From contig JAFYHQ010000045.1 of the NCBI GenBank assembly GCA_017539105.1, forward strand, positions 54,320-118,319: a DNA stretch of 64,000 nt, read 5' to 3'. The notes below the pieces were generated by a model, which made no database searches, had not been told where the DNA came from, and saw only the letters and a program-made list of their open reading frames with translations. Each line of letters opens with the position of its first letter. The stretch's first letter is position 1. The DNA comes from Erysipelotrichaceae bacterium (GTDB lineage Bacteria; Bacillota_I; Bacilli_A; Erysipelotrichales; Erysipelotrichaceae). Shown here piece by piece: positions 59,540 through 64,000 of this stretch. A program made the position numbers and the translations under genes.

Positions 59540-59900
59540 ATATGAAACAAGGGAGTGTCAGGATCATGAAACGCTTATTGACAATATTGTTTCAGTTCTT
59601 TTATTATGCACAACCAATGTAACTAGCTTGTACTTTTTATTTTCAGAATGTAATTCACTGGTCTCTCTTGATTTAAGCAGTTTCAATACATCTAATGTTA
59701 CAGATATGTTTGGCATTACATGGTATTATCCGACTGAATTAAACTTCAAAGATGTTCAAAAAGGGAAATACTATTATGAAGCTATCCAATGGGCATATTA
59801 TTGGGGCATCACTACAGGCGTTTCTTCCACCAAATTCGGTGTAGGAAATGACTGTTCAAGAGGAATGGTTGTGACATTCCTGAGTAGGTATTCTGATTAA
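59540..59900 (+). pseudogene. Deleted paralog remnant of the giant surface-protein gene: homologous 5' region/signal-peptide start fused out of frame to one 26-aa repeat and one SLH domain
   Basis: 59540-59600 (ATGAAACAAGGGAGTGTCAGGATCATGAAACGCTTATTGACAATATTG) is homologous to 51474-51530. The signal-peptide frame hits a stop after ~18 codons. Another frame encodes ...SLDLSSFNTSNVTDMFG... plus an SLH domain (YYYEAIQWAYYWGITTGVSSTKFGVGNDCSRGMVVTFL). Confidence 0.5.
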
Positions 59901-59944
59901 AGAACACTGAAAAGTGTTCTTTTTTCATATCGTTATAGAAGAAC

Positions 59945-59973
59945 AGAAAAAAAGGATCCTCTTTTGAGGATCC
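59945..59973 (-). terminator. rpsD terminator (GGATCCTC-AAAA-GAGGATCC followed by T7 on the minus strand)
   Basis: Perfect 8-bp stem; the A7 run on the plus strand gives T7 on the minus strand. Confidence 0.7.
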
Positions 59974-59988
59974 CTAGGTCCGTTAGTA

Positions 59989-60597
59989 TTATCTGTTGTA
60001 ATACTCGATGACCAGCAGTTCGTTGATGTCCTGGCTGAGTTCTTTTCTTTCAGGATATCTGACATACTTGCCCTTGCGAGCATCTTTGTCGACTTCAACG
60101 AAATCCTTGGTCGAGACGTTAGCTTCCAGCGACTGGCTGACTAAGACATTGTTCTTGTAGTTGTCTTTGATCTCGATCACGGAACCCGGCTTGATCTGAG
60201 CGGAAGGAATATCTACCTTCTTGCCATCAACCAGCACATGGCCGTGATTGACGATCTGTCTGGCCTGCTTTCTTGTCGAAGCGAAGCCCATACGATAGAC
60301 CAGGTTGTCCAGTCTTGATTCCAGCATGGTGAACAGGATGGTACCTGTAACGCCTTTGGAACGTACGGCTTTCACGAATGTGTTGTAGAACTGTTTTTCG
60401 CTTAAGCCATAGAGATGTCTCATCTTCTGCTTCTCGGCTTTCTGCAATCCGTAGTTGGACTGTTTCGCTCTTCTGGCAGTCGGTGAGCCGTGCTGGCCCG
60501 GAATGTAAGGCCGTTTCGCCAATTCTTGTCCTGTTTCAAGAACAGAGAAGTTTAAACGTCTGCTGATTCTCCAAGTAGGACCTGTATTTCTTGCCAT
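59989..60597 (-). CDS. rpsD: 30S ribosomal protein S4
   Basis: MARNTGPTWRISRRL... is canonical S4. Confidence 0.95.
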   Translation of the reverse strand: MARNTGPTWRISRRLNFSVLETGQELAKRPYIPGQHGSPTARRAKQSNYGLQKAEKQKMRHLYGLSEKQFYNTFVKAVRSKGVTGTILFTMLESRLDNLVYRMGFASTRKQARQIVNHGHVLVDGKKVDIPSAQIKPGSVIEIKDNYKNNVLVSQSLEANVSTKDFVEVDKDARKGKYVRYPERKELSQDINELLVIEYYNR

Positions 60598-60750
60598 AAG
60601 TCATTTCCTCCTTAAGTAAGTACAGGTGTAAATCATTACCGGGGGTGTTGGTATGCGATTTTCAGCAATAGCGCCTGCCTACTAATCTCCTGTGGTATCA
60701 ACGCCTTACCGATAACTTTACATGCTGCTATGATTATGTGCTTTACTATT
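60598..60750 (-). promoter_or_regulatory. rpsD 5' leader (candidate S4 autoregulatory leader)
   Basis: A ~150-nt structured untranslated region lies upstream of rpsD, in the position of the Firmicute S4 leader. Confidence 0.3.
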
Positions 60751-60813
60751 ATCCCAAATAGGGGACCTAAAGTCAATTGAAAAAAGGTATTTTAAATAGT
60801 AAAATGGTTCTGT

Positions 60814-62541
60814 ATGAAAGAAAAGATCCTTGATTTTGTCATCAATAATAAATTATACGTCATCATCGCTGTCGCAGCGTTGGTGTTTCTTATTTTCCTT
60901 CTGATCATCATCAAAAAGGCACATAAGAAAAAGCTTAAGAAAACCTTGGATGAGCTCTATGTGCGTTTCAATGATGTGAAGACCGTTCCGATCGCTTTCA
61001 AACTGAACAAGGCCCAGATCATGGCCAAGAGAAACAAGGAAACGATGGAACAGGTATCGCAGTACTATCAGAAGTATGAGGATGCGGAGAAGCACATCAC
61101 GCAGGTGCAGGATCTTTTGAATGAGGCGGATGATTCTTTGGGCAGCGTGAGTTACAAGGAAGCGATGAACAGCCTACGTATCGTGGGGGAGAATCTGACA
61201 GATTGCGAGAAGGAAATCAAGAGTATCGACAGTTTCCTGGAAGCATTCTCCAAGAAGGAAGACGAGCAGCGGGATTATTCCATCAAACTGAAAGAGAAGT
61301 ATCGCGTGGTCAAAGCGACGATCGATAAGAATTCACAGCTGCTGTCGATCGCTTATGATGGTTTCGTGAATAAACTGAAAGAGTGCGAAGAACTGTTCTC
61401 GGCATCGGAAGATGCGATGATGTCTTCGGAATATGGTCTGGCACAGGATGATCTGGAGAAGATCGATCAGATCTTAAGCGAGATCAAGACCAATGCGAAT
61501 GCCGTTCCTACGCTGGTAAAGGATACCAAAGGCGTACTGCCTTTGATGCTGGATGAGACGAAACGGGAACTTGCCCTGACTCAGCAGCGGGGCGTCTATC
61601 TCGATCATCTGAGGATCGATGAGAGGATCGAAGAGATCGAACGTTCCTTGAACAGCGATATCAAGAATATCATGGATGCGGATACCCAGGGGATCAAAAA
61701 CAATGTCGCCAGAGCGAAGGAACAGGTCAATGAACTCAATGATATGCTGGCGGCGGAGAATCGCGCTTACAAGCAGGCCAAGGAAACCAATGACAAGGCG
61801 TATGAACATCTTGCCGATATGGAGAAGGTGGAGAACTATGTCCGTGTCGCATATGAGAAGGATTCGGACCGCTACGGCTTGAGTATCGTATCGGAGACGC
61901 TGGATCAACTGAAAGAAAACATCCAGGCGTACCGTCAGGAGTATCAGAATATTGCTGCGGATCTCAGCAAGGCGGATCATCCTTCGGGAGAGATCCTGGC
62001 TGCTGCCGAAGATCTTTACAATCATATCGAAGATGACAAGAAGGCTCTGTATGCGTACAAGAGCATCATCGATAAGTCGACGGATGGCGAACAGAGGGCC
62101 ATCTCTCAGCTGACCAAACTGCAGCTGGTGGTCTGCGAAGTGGAAGCCAAGCTGGCGGAATATTCTTTGCCTGCGATCGATGAATCCTACAAGGATGACT
62201 TGTATCGGGCGCATGGCTATATCGAGAGACTGCGCAGCGAACTGTCGGTCATTCCGATCGATGTGGATAAGCTGAATGAGCTTTTATCGGAAGCGATCGA
62301 TTTCATCTACAAGTTCTATAACAACATCAACAATGTCGTTGGCATGGGTGTGATGGTGGAGAATGCGATCGTGTTCGGCAACCGTTACCGTTCCACTTAT
62401 CCGGAGATCGATCGGGAATTGTCGAAAGCGGAATTCCAGTATTTCAATGGCGAATATACGAAGGCTTTGAAGACGGCGATCACCTGCATGGAGACGCTGT
62501 TTCCGGAAAGCATCGATGAAAAGATCATGGAGAATGCCTGA
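60814..62541 (+). CDS. ezrA: Septation ring formation regulator EzrA
   Basis: N-terminal TM (VIIAVAALVFLIFLLIII) followed by ~540 aa of coiled coil; conserved position next to rpsD and upstream of cysteine desulfurase-thiI. Confidence 0.85.
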   Translation: MKEKILDFVINNKLYVIIAVAALVFLIFLLIIIKKAHKKKLKKTLDELYVRFNDVKTVPIAFKLNKAQIMAKRNKETMEQVSQYYQKYEDAEKHITQVQDLLNEADDSLGSVSYKEAMNSLRIVGENLTDCEKEIKSIDSFLEAFSKKEDEQRDYSIKLKEKYRVVKATIDKNSQLLSIAYDGFVNKLKECEELFSASEDAMMSSEYGLAQDDLEKIDQILSEIKTNANAVPTLVKDTKGVLPLMLDETKRELALTQQRGVYLDHLRIDERIEEIERSLNSDIKNIMDADTQGIKNNVARAKEQVNELNDMLAAENRAYKQAKETNDKAYEHLADMEKVENYVRVAYEKDSDRYGLSIVSETLDQLKENIQAYRQEYQNIAADLSKADHPSGEILAAAEDLYNHIEDDKKALYAYKSIIDKSTDGEQRAISQLTKLQLVVCEVEAKLAEYSLPAIDESYKDDLYRAHGYIERLRSELSVIPIDVDKLNELLSEAIDFIYKFYNNINNVVGMGVMVENAIVFGNRYRSTYPEIDRELSKAEFQYFNGEYTKALKTAITCMETLFPESIDEKIMENA

Positions 62542-63644
62542 TGAAGATCTATCTGGATGCAGTCTCAACGACGGCTCTTGATCCGGAAGTCAAAGAGACT
62601 TATGTGAGACTTCTCGATGAATATTACTGCAATAGCGATGCCTTATATGACGATGGCGTCGCTATTTATGATATGCAGGAAAAGGCGCGTACGCACATTT
62701 TAGAGGCTTTAGATCTCAAGGATAAGGATCTGATCTTTACTTCGGGAGCTTCGGAGGCGAATTCTCTGGCAATCAAAGGATTCTGTCTGAAACAGAAGGA
62801 AAAGAAGCACGTGATCACATCCTATTATGAGCATTCTTCGGTATACAATGCCTTCAGACAGCTGGAGGACCGGTTCGGTTTCGATGTGACATATCTGAAG
62901 CCGGATGAGGATGGGCAGATCACGGCAGATGCGGTAAAGAACGCTTTACGAAACGATACCTGTCTGGTGAGCATCATGGCCGTAAACAACGAGATCGGTG
63001 CGATCAATGATGTCGCGCAAATCGCCAAGGCTGTCAAGAAGCATCCGGGAACCTTGTTTCATACGGATATCACCCAGGCGATCGGCAAGATCCCGTTGGA
63101 TCTCAAAGATGCGGATATGGCTTCGTTTTCTGCCCATAAGATCCATGGATTAAAAGGAAGCGGAGCATTGATCAAGAAGAGTCATATCGAGCTGCTTCCG
63201 TTGATTTCCGGAGGACAGCAGGAGTATTCCATGCGCGGAGGCACATCCAATGCCCTGGTCAATATCGTCCTGGCAAAGACCGTGAGACTGGCTCTGGAGC
63301 ATCAGAAAAGAGATCAGGAACAGCTGAAGAAGATGCACGATCATCTCATTGAAGGATTCCCTGAACAGGTGCATATCAACTATGACAAAGGAGTTGTTAC
63401 ATTGGTCAACATTTCGACGCCTATCCCTTCGGAAGTATTGCTGAATGCCTTAAACAAAGAAGGCATCATGGTTTCCAGCAAGTCCACTTGCGGATCCAGA
63501 AAGAACGAACTCAACCGCAGCCTCTCCAGCATGAATATCGATGAGGACCATGCGATAAGGATCTCGTTCGATTCTACGAATACGATCGAAGAACTGGGCC
63601 GTTTCAATCAATGCCTAAAGGAGATTTTAAATCAATATGCCTGA
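62541..63644 (+). CDS. Cysteine desulfurase (class V aminotransferase, NifS/IscS/NifZ-like)
   Basis: PLP-Lys motif SFSAHKIHGLKGSG; it is co-operonic with thiI. Confidence 0.9.
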   Translation: MKIYLDAVSTTALDPEVKETYVRLLDEYYCNSDALYDDGVAIYDMQEKARTHILEALDLKDKDLIFTSGASEANSLAIKGFCLKQKEKKHVITSYYEHSSVYNAFRQLEDRFGFDVTYLKPDEDGQITADAVKNALRNDTCLVSIMAVNNEIGAINDVAQIAKAVKKHPGTLFHTDITQAIGKIPLDLKDADMASFSAHKIHGLKGSGALIKKSHIELLPLISGGQQEYSMRGGTSNALVNIVLAKTVRLALEHQKRDQEQLKKMHDHLIEGFPEQVHINYDKGVVTLVNISTPIPSEVLLNALNKEGIMVSSKSTCGSRKNELNRSLSSMNIDEDHAIRISFDSTNTIEELGRFNQCLKEILNQYA

Positions 63645-64000
63645 TTATGATCATATCATCGTCCGATATGGAGAACTTTCCACCAAAGGCAAGAACCGGA
63701 AAGAATTCACCAATCGTCTGACTCAGAATATCCGCAGCCGTTTAAGCGAATACCATGCCCTGATTTACAAGACCCTGCATGACGGTCTTTTCATCCGTCT
63801 GAATGGCGAAAACTATGAAGCGATCAGAGAAGACCTGAAACAGGTTTTCGGTTACAGCTATTTTCAGGGAGCCATCAAGGTTAAGAAGGATATCAATGAA
63901 CTGAAGGAGGTTTCATTGAAACTGGTCAATGCCCATGAATCAAAAACGTTCAAGGTACAGACCAAACGTCACGACAAGAGCTTCCCGATGTCTTCCGATG
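63637..64000 (+). CDS. thiI: tRNA 4-thiouridine synthase ThiI, N-terminal part (the gene continues beyond the window)
   Basis: MPDYDHIIVRYGELSTKGKNR... (THUMP N-terminus); it overlaps the previous gene by 8 nt. Confidence 0.85.
   Translation, partial: MPDYDHIIVRYGELSTKGKNRKEFTNRLTQNIRSRLSEYHALIYKTLHDGLFIRLNGENYEAIREDLKQVFGYSYFQGAIKVKKDINELKEVSLKLVNAHESKTFKVQTKRHDKSFPMSSD

Overview
This is a 64-kb chromosomal window from a low/mid-GC Firmicute. Gene order (rplJ-rplL-small MTase-rpoB-rpoC; rapZ-yvcK-whiA; rpsD/ezrA/cysteine desulfurase/thiI; metQNI) is Bacilli/Erysipelotrichia-like, and a giant DUF285-repeat/SLH surface protein is consistent with that; finer taxonomy cannot be set from sequence alone. 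I found no rRNA, tRNA, CRISPR, integrase or transposase. Gene content in order: a BMP-type nucleoside ABC importer with two tandem PNP/UDP-family nucleoside phosphorylases; the rplJ-rplL-rpoBC core; an NlpC/P60 hydrolase and a C69 dipeptidase; metQNI behind a T-box-like leader; an ECF transporter locus (S component behind a SAM-I-like riboswitch, then fused EcfA1A2-EcfT co-operonic with two DUF62 SAM hydroxide adenosyltransferase paralogs); two SPFH loci; MarR and PepC; uvrB, rapZ-yvcK-whiA, gmk; an Fbp/Thi-type ABC importer under a cre-overlapping promoter; a 2,646-aa SLH-anchored repeat protein plus a deleted paralog remnant. The standout is an apparently undescribed operon at 31.3-39.6 kb: a COG4260-type SPFH/double-zinc-ribbon protein and a polytopic membrane protein, followed by three tandem paralogs (the third pseudogenised) of single-pass membrane proteins. 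Each has a cytoplasmic Zn-ribbon + helical + TIR module and diversified extracellular ectodomains (PASTA + 2x SH3b in copy A; tandem repeats + a CWWWLR...GIRPA domain in copy B). This gives a Toll-like-receptor-type topology in a bacterium, which suggests envelope or cell-wall sensing coupled to TIR (NADase-type) signalling or abortive defence.
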